From: Amphiscolops sp. MND2022
Lineage: Eukaryota
Reading direction: 5' to 3'
Length of the DNA: 64,000 nucleotides
Assembly (NCBI GenBank): GCA_964187785.1
Contig: OZ076409.1
Location: forward strand, 19,904,001-19,968,000
The position numbers were made by a program, and so were the translations under genes. Below, in pieces: positions 12,479 to 25,912 of the stretch. Under the pieces are notes generated by a model, which was given only the letters and a program-made list of their open reading frames with translations, was not told the DNA's origin and did not search any database. Each line of letters starts with the position of its first letter. Within the stretch, counting starts at the first letter, position 1.

Positions 12479-15400
12479 AAAATCGTAGTTAGGAAAAAAG
12501 AATCTCCAAGTTAGGAAAGAATGATTTCAACAAATCAATTTACTATCAGGTTCTTACAAGACTTGTTTTTCTTTGAAGAAAATCATTCCAAAATTTTTTC
12601 TGCCATTCAGTAAAATGTTTTAAAATGTGGTTGTTGGAACCAAGAGTGTTCTGTTGAATGTCAACTAAAGGAGCAACTTAACCTATTCGGAAAGTTCATT
12701 GGTATTCAAACTTCAATGGCTGTAAAGGTCAGATCATGTGTGCGAAAGATAAAAAGATTTAGTAAAGATTACAAGGGAAAAAGGAACGGAAATGGTTCTG
12801 AATTGGTTATACAAAAAACGTGCGACAGAAAAAACTTTCCTTTAAAGTACTTTTGCAACAACCGGTAAAATTTTGAACGCCTCGGTAAAAACAGGATGAG
12901 TATTTTCAAAATCACTAAGATCTCAGCTATCAAATCTGATTAATTAATCGAAACTTTTGACATCAAATAGTCCTTTAATTTTAATCAAAACCAGTTTTTA
13001 TTTCAAAAATGCCATTGAAATTAGCGATGATGATGTTTGAACTACCACTCAGAGTTCAAAAAACGGCAAACTTGCATGGTGATTTAAAAGAATGGAAGTG
13101 CTGTTAATTTTTGATGAAGCTGTTCTTTTATTTGCAGATAGAAACAATGGATGAATAAATCATGTCTGCATGTTAACCAATTTTTGTTCTCTCAGGAACT
13201 CGAAGAGCGAACTAGTGGCACCTCTTTTAGCTGAAGTTGCTTTATATTAAATGTTTTGCTTCTTTTGATGCGCTCATTCCAGTGGCGACAAGCATACACC
13301 CGGCTGCTTTGAAAATAGCATCCATTTCTCTAGATTTTAATTCCATTCTATCGTATTCATAAAACAGGCATCTAAAAATAATTCAACTAACCAATGTATG
13401 GATTAATTTCACACAGAAATGAATATTGTAGAAGGTATATTCGTTACAAAAAGTATAAATCAAAGATTATTCAATACCCTTTATTCATTTTCGTCAGACA
13501 GCGGGGCGTATCTTGTTTTCTTTTTATTCATAGCTTGAGATTATTAGAAAGATCCTCATGAAATTTCAACCAATCTTTGTCTGTAATCGACTATTTTCTG
13601 TCTCAGCTCCAATTATAGTTCGTTGAATTAGTCATGAGACTTGAACAAAAATCCGACATGCGATGAAAAATTTTAAAAACTTTTTGGTTTCATAGTTTTG
13701 GTTTGAATGATGCAGTACAATCATCAGCCAGAAAGAGAAGCGAAATTATCGGCTCTTTTCTGTCAACACCCCTCCCCCCTCACCACAAGGAAAATTTTTG
13801 ATGTGAAATTTGAAATTGTCAGTTTTTCAAATTGGCTTGATTAAAAGTGGGACCTTTTTCCATAACAGGAAATTAACTTTTATTGGAATAGTTTTTTGTT
13901 TGAACAAAACATTTTTCACGCATTTTGAAAGGGCTTGCAGCTTTATTTTTTACATGTGTTCGAATTTACTGTCCTTTTACTCAAAAAATAAAGAGATTTT
14001 CTAATCAAGAAAGTCTGACTTCATAATAAAGAGGAATAGTGTGAACAAAGTTCATATCTGGATCCCAAACTGTCATCTTGGAAGTAAATTTAAAATTGAT
14101 TGTTTTTTTCTTAAGTCTTGTTTTTTTACATTTTGTCCTAATGTTTTCACTAATTTCCCTAAAAAATTTGGTGGTGAGGGATATTTAACAGAAAACAAAC
14201 AAATTGTCCAAAAAGTGTTTGTTAGCAGCCGTAAACTTTATCAATTTGTTTTCCACATACAATTCGTTTGTGAAAAGTTCGAAGCATGCATGCTCAAAAC
14301 AATTACGTGACGCAATCCTTCGAATAAAGTATTGCATTTCTTATCAAATGAAAAAAAAACACTTTTCATTGACCGGATTTTTGACAAAAACCTAATTCTT
14401 CTGATCCCTCTCTTTTTTGAAATCCCTCGCAAGCTCTACTCATCTTTAAAAAAAAACAAGTAAGCACATACGCTAGAATATGACGTAAACAAATAGTATA
14501 AGGGTACCAGTGTGGCAAACAAATTCGTATTACTGGATTTTTTTGGTGGAAATATTTTTTTGCTCGCAAACTGTTGAAAAACGCAAAATTTATAATTTTC
14601 AGGTTTCGAAAATCGAAACCACAATCGTATTGACGTTTCGAACAGTTTTTCAAGGGAACTACTTTGAGAACTACTTTGGAATATCAAAATCAGCTGTTTT
14701 GATAGGTTGAAATTCCGAATTTTTTAGGCCACCAAATGTGTTCAAAAAGTCCGAAATACTGAAATATACAGCTACTAAAGGTTTTTTTGCGAGCATTTCG
14801 ATACGAATTGCTCACGAATCATCAAATTCTAGTAGTTTTCTTTATGAAAAACTTCGATTTTTTTGGAAAATTCGGAGTCAGAGAAATTAGTTAAATTTCT
14901 GAAGTTCCTGAGTTCATTCCAGATCGCTTTCTTTTGGGCTCTGACAATTGTTATGTAGAACTATGTTTTCAGTTCGGACCCTGTCATCGTGGTGCTCTCC
15001 TTTAATTGCAGATGCCTGGGTTGGGAGTCATTCCTTGGTTGCAACAGCTCTAGCTAAAGTGTCATTGATGAAGGATTAAGCTGGCAGTCTGTTTGGAAAT
15101 CTGAAGTTTGAGGTCTTAATATGCATTTTGATGGACCGCAGAACTGTTTTCGAAAATGTTTTGTGATGTGATGATTTCTTTGCGTTGTTTTCTCTTCACT
15201 GACGAATATTTTTTTTAAATTTCAAGATCAATTGTAATTCTTGATTTTCTTCGAGTTTTTACTCAGGTCAGTATACGTGCTAGATCAAGGGAGAACTAAA
15301 ATTTGCAAGGTCTCAAATCAGCCTGTTTGGCCTTTCTTTCCAAATTTTTCGTTAAAATTGCCTGGATTTTTTCCAAACATTTTCTAGGCTGCAGCCATAT

Positions 15401-16384
15401 TTTTTGAAATGTGCATGGATCTGCCCAGAGCATTTTGCAGGTTGCATGGAAATTTTACAGAACTTTTCCATGCATGCTTCCACTTTTCTCTGTTTTTCAA
15501 AAATTTAGAATGCATGCATGGATCCAACTTGGAAAACTTTCCGGCATGTTCGACTAGGGTATGCGCGTGAATGTGATTATGGACTGATGCTGTCGCCTAA
15601 TCCTTATCACATAGTTCAATGTAACAAACAGCAACACCAACTTTCAACCCTTTCTTGAACCTCAGATTTTTTTGGTACTCTGCGACTTTAAAAAAAATTT
15701 CCCCTAATTTTAGTTAGAAAAGCGTTTTCTCAGCATATTTTAAATTTTGATCTGTTTGAGCCTTATGTGGTGCGCCGACTTGAGACGTTTCTGTCTGGTT
15801 CATCATAACGCAAATTCCAACACATAAGGATCCACTTTTAAAAAATCAACTGTTTTCTAGTGTTAGTGTACATGATATGAAATAACTTTACATTTTTAAG
15901 ATGAAGTTTGACATTGAAAAAAATGCATTGCCAGAAATTTTTCTTTTCAGGTCTGATTAGGGCCACTGTTTAATTCAGAGCAAAACTGATATCCTCTGGC
16001 ATTCGTATCGTTCATACTTAGTCTGGCAACTTACCAAAAGAATATAAGAGATCAGTTTCATGTGTTGCTCTGGTTATTCGGATATCAATTGTATCCATGA
16101 CTACATCGAGCCTCTCGGTCATTCTTTTATTTAGTGTTTCCACGCTCCTCTAGATCATTCCAACACTTTTCTTTTCATTTCCATTTCTGTTTGTACTAAC
16201 AACAGTGTTTCCCATTGACCTGAATTCCATTCCAAGTGAGTTCATCTCGTGATTCAGCAAATCAGTTATCAAATTACAACTTCCTCTAATTTCAGTATTT
16301 TTTGATGCAATTCCAACATCTTGTTCATTTGTTGTAACTTCCAAACATACTTATGAATTTTCTGAACGCAACTTTGTGTCTAAT

Positions 16385-17465
16385 TGGATCTTCTTCTATA
16401 ACTACTTGTCTTTTCGTTACCGGTATCATCGCAAAAGAGTGATGTAGTTTTTTAATTGAAAAAAATCACAACTTACCCAGAGAAAAGCTAGTGATTCTAC
16501 TTTTGGACAACTTTAGGCAATTTTGGTAACATATCTTAACGGTTCGAGAGATCCAAACGCCAATATGGTTTCAAAGAGAGAAGATCATGCATTGACGCTA
16601 CTAACACTGTGAGAGAATTCATGAGAAACGAAATTGAGGAAAAGAATGAAGGATAAGCTTGCTTTATTGATTTACAGAAAGCGTCTGATACACTTGACCA
16701 TGAAATTCTAATGATCACATTGGAGAAACATGGCTTCAGAGGAACAATTTTACAAATCCTCCGGAAAACACTCAGTAAACGGTACCAATTTCTTTGGGAA
16801 ACGGAAGTCGTTTCAAGAAATTCTGTGTTAAGTCTGGCGTTCCCCATGGCAGTGTATTAGGCTCCTTCGTTTTCCTCATTTGCTTCAATGACCTACAAAA
16901 CGTTGTGAAGGACAGCCAAATGGAACTGTTTGCAGATGATACAACTTTTGTGAAGTCTGTAAAAAATACTGACCGGGAAACTGATGGAGCGCTCCATAAA
17001 ATCACTGATTCGTTTATAGCTAGTAAACTTACAGTTATACTAGGTAAATGCGAAGCAAAACCATTTGGCTGCAGATTGCCACAGAAAACTATTCTAAATG
17101 ACGAACTCTGTTACAAATCTGCATGTAAATAGTTAGGTCTACATCTAGATGGATTTCTCAGGTTCAGTGAACACATAAACTACGTTATGAAGAAACTCAA
17201 TAAAATTTGTGGTTTGATTTACCGTGGTGTCGGGCACCTGTATCCGATAAAATGTCTTCTCAAATTTTATATTTCGTTTGCCAAATCAGTCATTTCCTAC
17301 GGTATCTTAGTCTATTGTTCTTATCAGCATCTAAAATGAATTGGAAAAAAAATGAAGACAGCGAAAAATACCAAAGTAATCTTTTTCAAAAAGCGATTTG
17401 AATCCATTGCAAACTTGTTATTAGATAATAAAGTGCCAACAGTTTTTGAAGCTCACATGTAAGAG
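16385..17465 (+). pseudogene. Duplicate copy of the decayed LINE RT fragment
   Basis: Same as 9780-10860 within the tandem duplication (ORF 16794..17132, GVPHGSVLG...LFADDT). Confidence 0.9.
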
Positions 17466-18840
17466 CTTCTCGGGAGTTGTTGGACCAAACAGGTAATGAA
17501 ACACCACAAACGTTTTCCCTTTGAATGTTGCAGAAAAAAACAAACCGACATTTTAAATATTTGGATGAAAAATTCGCTCAAATGCCCAACCTAGACAAAT
17601 ATTTACATTTTTAGATCAGATTCGAAGGAAAACCCTTCTTTGGTACAAGAGATTTTAAAATCGGACAATTCGCACTTGGTTTTTGGAAACATCTTTACAT
17701 GAACATAAATGGCGAAAGTGTTTTTTATTCAATTTTTGACATTCCGATGCAATTTTTGTTCAACATATGGATGATTTGGTTACTAATATTACGGATAGTT
17801 TGCAGGAAAGAATTTATCATGTTTGTCGCATACTCGTTGGGACGGAAATGTAATTTGAAAACTATGCCAAATGTGCAACAGATCCAAAATCTCTCTTTTT
17901 AGACAATTTATGAGCAATTTTTGTACAGGTAGGCTGTTTCGTAGATGGTACTATACCCATCAATTCGAATCACCAACAAAACAATTATGAGATACGTATA
18001 AAGAAGAAAAATTGGAAGTTTTCTAGAAAAGGGTACCAAAAGCCCACAAAACACAATTTCTGTTCAATTTCAACGGTGGTAAATAATTTCCGTACATTTC
18101 TTGAACGTTGGTGGGCATGAATAATCACAACGTTCGAAGACAGAAAAAGCGTTTTTGCAATATAGGAATTTCAACAATGTCTTTAAACATTACACAAATT
18201 GCCAAATCAAGAGCCAATCATGTTACACAAAATTTGTTTTCCAAGTTTGTTCCCCTTCGGAGAGAAACAAACGATAGTAAATTCACTTAAATTAATGGGA
18301 TAGGATTATACTGAAATGTTTTCGACGGAATTTGATCTCACAAATCCCCATTGAACAGAACCGTGCTTTAAGTTTTCCAACAGTCAACCGTCTTTTTGAC
18401 CAAAAAACTCAAATACCCAACGCTCGGAGATTTTTTTGAATTCGACTTCACATCAACTCTGTGGAAACTATTGATCAGAAATGGTTAAAAGAGAAATAAA
18501 CCCGGCAAACGCTCCAAATCAATAATTTTGGAAGCTTTAGGTTTTGTTGAGACAACTGGTAGTAGCTCTTTTTGTCATCTCTGTTTATCTTAACACTCGC
18601 ATTTTCTCAAAAAAAAATTTAATAGCTCCCGAAGGACTCAAAACACGTTCGCATAATTGGAAACAAAAACTTCTGAATTTCATTTTAATTTAGCTTGAGC
18701 AAAATGAGTCATTGTTTCAGCCAAGCGCCACGTTTTTTAAAAGACCATCGCACTCATTGTACATTTTTGCACTTAACGATTAGCACTTTTCTGCAGTGGT
18801 GAAGAAAAAAGGTGGTGAATTAACAAAGAACAAAAACTCG

Positions 18841-19083
18841 ACTTTATTTTAACTTAGGGAGTAAAATATATTTTACTTCCTAAGTTAAAATAAAGTTCTT
18901 ATATGTTCAATTTTCTCGTATTTAGGTAAAATGTCATTTTTCGCAGTTATACCCTTAAATTCATTGTGTTAAGCTCAACTATCAACTATAGTTGATAGTT
19001 GAGCTTAACACAATGAATTTAAGGGTATAACTGCGAAAAATGACATTTTACCTAAATACGAGAAAATTGAACATATAAGAACT
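18841..19083. repeat. Duplicate copy of the compound palindrome
   Basis: Same sequence at +6605. Confidence 0.95.
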
Positions 19084-21169
19084 AAAATCGTAGTTAGGAA
19101 AAAAGAATCTCCAAGTTAGGAAAGAATGATTTCAATAAATCAATTTACTATCAGGTTCTTACAAGACTTGTTTTTCTTTGAAGAAAATCATTCCAAAATT
19201 TTTTCTGCCATTCAGTAAAATGTTTTAAAATGTGGTTGTTGGAACCAAGAGTGTTCTGTTGAATGTCAACTAAAGGAGCAACTTAACCTATTCGGAAAGT
19301 TCATTGGTATTCAAACTTCAATGGCTGTGAAGGTCAGATCATGTGTGCGAAAGATAAAAAGATTTAGTAAAGATTACAAGGGAAAAAGGAACGGAAATGG
19401 TTCTGAATTGGTTATACAAAAAACGTGCGACAGAAAAAACTTTCCTTTAAAGTACTTTTGCAACAACCGGTAAAATTTTGAACGCCTCGGTAAAAACAGG
19501 ATGAGTATTTTCAAAATCACTAAGATCTCAGCTATCAAATCTGATTAATTAATCGAAACTTTTGACATCAAATAGTCCTTTAATTTTAATCAAAACCAGT
19601 TTTTATTTCAAAAATGCCATTGAAATTAGCGATGATGATGTTTGAACTACCACTCAGAGTTCAAAAAACGGCAAACTTGCATGGTGATTTAAAAGAATGG
19701 AAGTGCTGTTAATTTTTGATGAAGCTGTTCTTTTATTTGCAGATAGAAACAATGGATGAATAAATCATGTCTGCATGTTAACCAATTTTTGTTCTCTCAG
19801 GAACTCGAAGAGCGAACTAGTGGCACCTCTTTTAGCTGAAGTTGCTTTATATTAAATGTTTTGCTTCTTTTGATGCGCTCATTCCAGTGGCGACAAGCAT
19901 ACACCCGGCTGCTTTGAAAATAGCATCCATTTCTCTAGATTTTAATTCCATTCTATCGTATTCATAAAACAGGCATCTAAAAATAATTCAACTAACCAAT
20001 GTATGGATTAATTTCACACAGAAATGAATATTGTAGAAGGTATATTCGTTACAAAAAGTATAAATCAAAGATTATTCAATACCCTTTATTCATTTTCGTC
20101 AGACAGCGGGGCGTATCTTGTTTTCTTTTTATTCATAGCTTGAGATTATTAGAAAGATCCTCATGAAATTTCAACCAATCTTTGTCTGTAATCGACTATT
20201 TTCTGTCTCAGCTCCAATTATAGTTCGTTGAATTAGTCATGAGACTTGAACAAAAATCCGACATGCGATGAAAAATTTTAAAAACTTTTTGGTTTCATAG
20301 TTTTGGTTTGAATGATGCAGTACAATCATCAGCCAGAAAGAGAAGCGAAATTATCGGCTCTTTTCTGTCAACACCCCTCCCCCCTCACCACAAGGAAAAT
20401 TTTTGATGTGAAATTTGAAATTGTCAGTTTTTCAAATTGGCTTGATTAAAAGTGGGACCTTTTTCCATAACAGGAAATTAACTTTTATTGGAATAGTTTT
20501 TTGTTTGAACAAAACATTTTTCACGCATTTTGAAAGGGCTTGCAGCTTTATTTTTTACATGTGTTCGAATTTACTGTCCTTTTACTCAAAAAATAAAGAG
20601 ATTTTCTAATCAAGAAAGTCTGACTTCATAATAAAGAGGAATAGTGTGAACAAAGTTCATATCTGGATCCCAAACTGTCATCTTGGAAGTAAATTTAAAA
20701 TTGATTGTTTTTTTCTTAAGTCTTGTTTTTTTACATTTTGTCCTAATGTTTTCACTAATTTCCCTAAAAAATTTGGTGGTGAGGGATATTTAACAGAAAA
20801 CAAACAAATTGTCCAAAAAGTGTTTGTTAGCAGCCGTAAACTTTATCAATTTGTTTTCCACATACAATTCGTTTGTGAAAAGTTCGAAGCATGCATGCTC
20901 AAAACAATTACGTGACGCAATCCTTCGAATAAAGTATTGCATTTCTTATCAAATGAAAAAAAAACACTTTTCATTGACCGGATTTTTGACAAAAACCTAA
21001 TTCTTCTGATCCCTCTCTTTTTTGAAATCCCTCGCAAGCTCTACTCATCTTTAAAAAAAACAAAGAAGAGCTGGGATTTGCATCTAAGTACCGTTTTATT
21101 ATGCATCTTAACAAAATTTGTGAAGTTGAATTGGCGTTTAGAGAGTTAAAGGTGCTAATTGAACGTATG

Positions 21170-21225
21170 GTAGAGTAGCCATTGTAATACAAAAGAGCTC
21201 TTTTGTATTACAATGGCTACTCTAC
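21170..21225. repeat. Perfect 56-bp palindrome
   Basis: GTAGAGTAGCCATTGTAATACAAAAGAG|CTCTTTTGTATTACAATGGCTACTCTAC: 28-bp arms, no spacer. Confidence 0.95.
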
Positions 21226-21880
21226 TCTATAATTTAGATTATCCGCCATATTTCATGTTTTCAATCTATTAGAACAATAAACGATGAGCAAGATTCCAAA
21301 CTCGTTTTCTCAAAACAACCAACCACGAATTTTCAACATTTACCACTCAGAACAAGAACAGTCTTATGATTTCTCCTGGAGATTCAGTATCTTTAAACCC
21401 AGCATTTAAAGAACTTAGCAACATCTTGACAGGATTTGAAAAAAAATTGTGGAGAGTTCTAGGTTTAAGCGAAGATCTTGCGATTTCGCGGTAATAAAAT
21501 CCCCATGGCCCAAACTTCAGCAGCTGGACGTTTTTGGCTCATAAAAGACTTTCTCCTGGAAAAAAAACAAGAGTGAATTTTAATTGTTTGCTAAAACGAC
21601 CGTTTAAAAATTAGACACCTTCCAGTCTGATTTGTTTGATCTGCTTGCTTGTCAAAACTATCGGAAAACTTTGTATTAAAAGTCTCTCCGGATCTGAAAA
21701 CTAAACAATGTATTTATGCATTCAAGTTTCAAAAAACTAATTGAAAAAAGTACATTCACAAGATATATTCACGAGAAAAACGTACAAAAGATTCACCCTG
21801 ATCCCAGCCAAAACCCCGTAGTCATTTACGGCAACGTAAAATCATATAAATATGAGATCAAAAATTTAGATTCAGCGCCT

Positions 21881-22215
21881 TTTCAGTCGGCGTTTTTTGT
21901 AACAAAAAGCGCCCGACTCTTACAGTGGCATTTTAATTCATAAGGACATCGACCTCACGCTGAATGGTGCACTTTATACAGACTTTACGCCTAAATTTTA
22001 AAGTGCCCAAAGAGGCCAAAGCGCATTCAAAGAGGCCGCTAAGTACTCTCATTGAGTATTTTATAGTCATAACGTACCCTCAAAACTATGTGACCGAAGG
22101 GTGCCACCTTAGAGTTTTTATGATTCTTTAAGTGAATTTTTTTATGAAATTCGCACAGTACCGAAAATATCCAAAGAAGAAATCTTTGGCTTGCAGGACG
22201 CATTTGAGTAACCGA
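21881..22215 (+). mobile_element. 5' portion of Helentron-like (HINE) repeat
   Basis: TTTcAGTCGGCG...GCCCGACTCTTACAGTGG start is shared with the copies at 41051 and 45394; the right boundary is approximate. Confidence 0.55.
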
Positions 22216-24474
22216 AAACGGGGAACAGCTCGAGTGTCACGGTTCTGTGCAAGGATGCCTTCACGAGCGGGTTGAAAATACTTCGGGTAGGTAAAGCTCA
22301 CTTCCCCGGCAGAGCCGTCACCAGAATATGCGAGCTACTGTTGAGTGTCAACCATGATTGCTCAGGAGACGATGCCTGGAACTGAATCCTTAAGAGTCCT
22401 GACAACAGCAGGGACTTGAAAATTCCTGCAAAAGTTTTTAAATGAGGATCGGCTCGGCCGTTAACAAGTCACCTCAGCTCCTTTTGGAAGTGGCCAATGT
22501 AATTTTGAAGCATCAATTTCTTGAAGTCAGTTATCATTTAGGTAAATGGTACTCTACTTGTAGAAACGCTTTCATGGGACACGTAGATCTGGAAGTGAAA
22601 AAATTTTCATCAGTCGATCTAGTTGAATTATGTGACTAATTGAAGTTCACAGGAAGTAAATGACAATTGGGCCGATGCCTCCTACAATGCTCTACAATGG
22701 TACAGATGGTTTTTTCGCTCGCTGCCGGTAAAAGTTACCCACCATTATCAAGCTATGCCAAAAGCTACTCGAATGTCGATGCTTCTATAACCAACGGTAA
22801 TTCGAGGGGTATGCCAATCGGCTGGAAACTCAGCAAATGCCAATCGGCTATAGACCCCAAAACGGCACTATGATTCTATGAGACTCGAAAAATGGTGTTG
22901 CAACAACATGTTTGCAGGGATCGAGCGTAACCATATATACTGCGGAACTTGCACAAAAATGAATAATTTCGACTGTTTTTAACCCTTTCACGTTAAATTT
23001 ACGACCTTTTGCTATCATAACATCAGATTTTTCTATACGACAACATGCTCGATAAGCTAAAACCTTTCTTGTCGCTGATCTCCATTGGTGTTCCTACTCA
23101 AGAAAACAAGCATTCGTATCAAATTTGCATGAAAGGAAAAAACAAACGATAATGCACATTTAATTTTTTCGCGCACGTTAAGCACTTGTTTCAAAACTTC
23201 CAAGTATACATCTGCTAAGAACCTAATTTTTTTTGTTGAATACTATGTAAAAATTTCTTTTTCATAACATAAAATTGGAACATGGCAAAGTTTGAAGAAG
23301 AAAACGAGGCTTAGAGACTAACTTCCAATGTAGTTCAATATGGGCTTAAAATAACAATCCTGGAAAATCAAAAAGAAGTGTACTTCAATGTCACTGGAGG
23401 TTGTGGGTGAAGGAAGTGTTGACTGATAAGAACACGCAGCGAGTGGTTTGAAACACATTGACATGCATAATTTATTCTTCTCTGGAGACCAATTCGATCA
23501 AATTTACTGATAAGAGAAGACGATTTAGGTCTGTTCAATTATTGCAGTTAACATGGAATCAGTTTCAAATTCCCAAGGGTGCCATTTCAAAGAATTTGGT
23601 TGCTTATTCCAACGTCAACTTGAAACTTTCAATTATTCAAATTTTGACACCTAATATGAAACAAACTTCTTGAAAAGTTCCCATTGCCACTTGGAAAATC
23701 TATTTTTTAAACTAAAAACGTTAAGTTCAATCCTAAATTTTTTAAAGTTGCTTTTTAACAGGGCCGGCAGTTCATATGCTGATAGTTGTATTTCTCAAAA
23801 TCATTCCATAAATTATCTAGCAAGTTAACACTCTCTAACTTTTTTCGAAGAGAAAATAAGAAATCAATATCAAAAGCTCAAATTGAAGTACATTGCGATT
23901 TAATTTACGAAGTGGTATGTTGTTTTTTATTGTTTATTTTTCATTATACACGAACCTCGCTAACATTTGTTTTAAAAACTAGATTCTTCGTTCGATTTGG
24001 TTGTTCTTAAATGTCATGCACTCACGTTCATTTTGAGGAGGCAATTTCGTGTCTGTTCGATAAGAACTGATTCTTCGTCTGAAACAAAACCGGAAACTAG
24101 TTAACTTTAGTCAGTTTATTCCAATCGGAATTTTGAATGCAAAAAACGGGAAAAATATAAAAATCTGGACAGAACACAAAATCCCTATGTTGTGACCAGA
24201 AATTTCAACGGAAGGATTCCAAAAGATTTCAATGACCATCGATGAGCAGCAATTGGTTCAAAAGTGATCAATTTCATAATCCCGGGGCAATTTTTACTTT
24301 CTAAATTTCGGTGAAGCTCCATTAATGGCTGCATATTTTTACGCAAAACCAAGGAGAGTTGAATCTAAAACTTTGTTTCGAGTGAATAAATCTAACCATG
24401 CTAGTTTTTAATGCTAGGAATGTTATTTTCCAACTCCAACTTGATGAGATCAACATAACATTCTCGATGCTTAC

Positions 24475-25912
24475 CTTGTGGAGTTCTGAAGTCAGCCATT
24501 GCCGATTGTAAAGCGGGGCTGCCATGAGAATTTGTTTTCACATGTCCGTGGCTCCTACTTTCTCCACCACTTCTGCGGACATTGGTTTCTGTGTCGGACA
24601 AGTAAGAATTTTGATCACTCTTCCGATGTGAGCTTGGCGTCTTTGGTTTCTTATCCAAGACATGTCTGTCTCCACAGCGTTTCTTTCCTTGGTTCTGAAG
24701 GTAGGCAGATACTGTGGGCAAGACTTCGCCTACTTCCGGCCAAGCCGAGATCGCTGTTTCGTGTTCCACCGACTTGTTGTTCTCATACGTCGTTTCTTCT
24801 TCGTCTTCAGGACACGACGGAATACTAAACGAAGCTATAGACATGTTTCTCTGTGAGAACTTTGAGGAGCTCTTAGGACTGATTAGAACTGGTCGTTTAC
24901 ATCTGCTATCAGTGAACGAACCGCTTCTAGAAGAAGCAGCGTTCGTGCAGTTTTTGCAGTTACACGGTTTGCAGGATAGGATTTCCGAGCTTTTTGGCGG
25001 CAAAATAGGCCCGGGTTCTGATAAAATAGGTGAGAAAGAAAGCTGATTGCGTCTGCTTGGCGAATCCCCTACAGAGCCGAGTATCGCAGAAGGGGTTATT
25101 TTAGGAGGCATAATTATCTCATCTTTGTGATGAAATCTGTTGGTTATGGAATAGGAATGTTCTGAAATGTCTTGATGATGACTGAACCCATCGAATGCTG
25201 ATTTGGATACTTTCGGAACTGGGTGGCTGTTCATTTTGAGATATTCCTCCAACATGGAGTTGTTCTCTTTTCCCGCAATATTCAGCTGGAGGTTTGATGA
25301 TAGGTGTAGAGAGCAGTGACAACCTTCGCAATGGAAGGAATCTGTGGAAGAATTTGAGGAGGAGTGACTGGAAATACTGGCTGCAGGGGCCGCAAACAAC
25401 TCCGAGGCTGTAGACCGGGTAGAATGTTCTGAGGGGGTGCTTCTGTCATCAGCACCTACCCCTATAGTTTGCAGGTGCATCAACTCCTGCTTGGAAGGTG
25501 ACAGCAGGATACTAGCACCACATATGTTGGCATTTGACGACACAGTGCCTGCTTGTTTCGGTGGGGGGTAAAAAATCCGGGGTGGAATCTCGGGGGGTAC
25601 ATCTCCAGCAGAACCGCTATCTAATGACGTCACTTCGTCTGGATCGTGTTGGATTGTCAGAGATTTGTCAAAAATGCACAATATTTCGTCAGGCGTGTTT
25701 GTCGAACACTGCTCGTTTGATGAAGTTTTCTGGGACTTCTTTTTGAAGATATTTTTAGACCCTCCGCCGCTTTCTCCTGTTTCTACGTCCCCGTGGTTAC
25801 TCAGAAGAGGGGAGTTTGGAGACGAGCCGATAGTGTCTTCAGTGGTGTTATTCCTGCGCAGAAGGTTTCTTTTCAGGTTGCCACATAAGCATGCAACTTT
25901 TTGTTTAACCAT
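24475..25912 (-). CDS. Long coding exon of a Ser/Pro-rich, probably disordered signalling/adaptor-like protein (family unassigned)
   Basis: 503-codon ORF from ATG 25912 with raised GC; contains PxxP motifs (PPEIPPR, PILPPK) and isolated Tyr motifs (YLKM, YENN). Strong donor CAAG|GTAAG at 24475/24474; the unspliced stop is at 24401. Confidence 0.75.

Larger units (their letters stand above)
7856..14459. repeat. 6.6-kb tandem segmental duplication, copy 1
   Basis: Sequence and ORF track repeat at an offset of 6604-6605 (e.g. 9545/16150, 10189/16794, 13810/20415); starts GTAAGCACATACG. Confidence 0.97.
14460..21063. repeat. 6.6-kb tandem segmental duplication, copy 2
   Basis: Junction ...AAAACAA|GTAAGCAC at 14459/14460; identity ends at ...AAAACAA 21063; only about 8 differences seen by eye. 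Confidence 0.97.
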
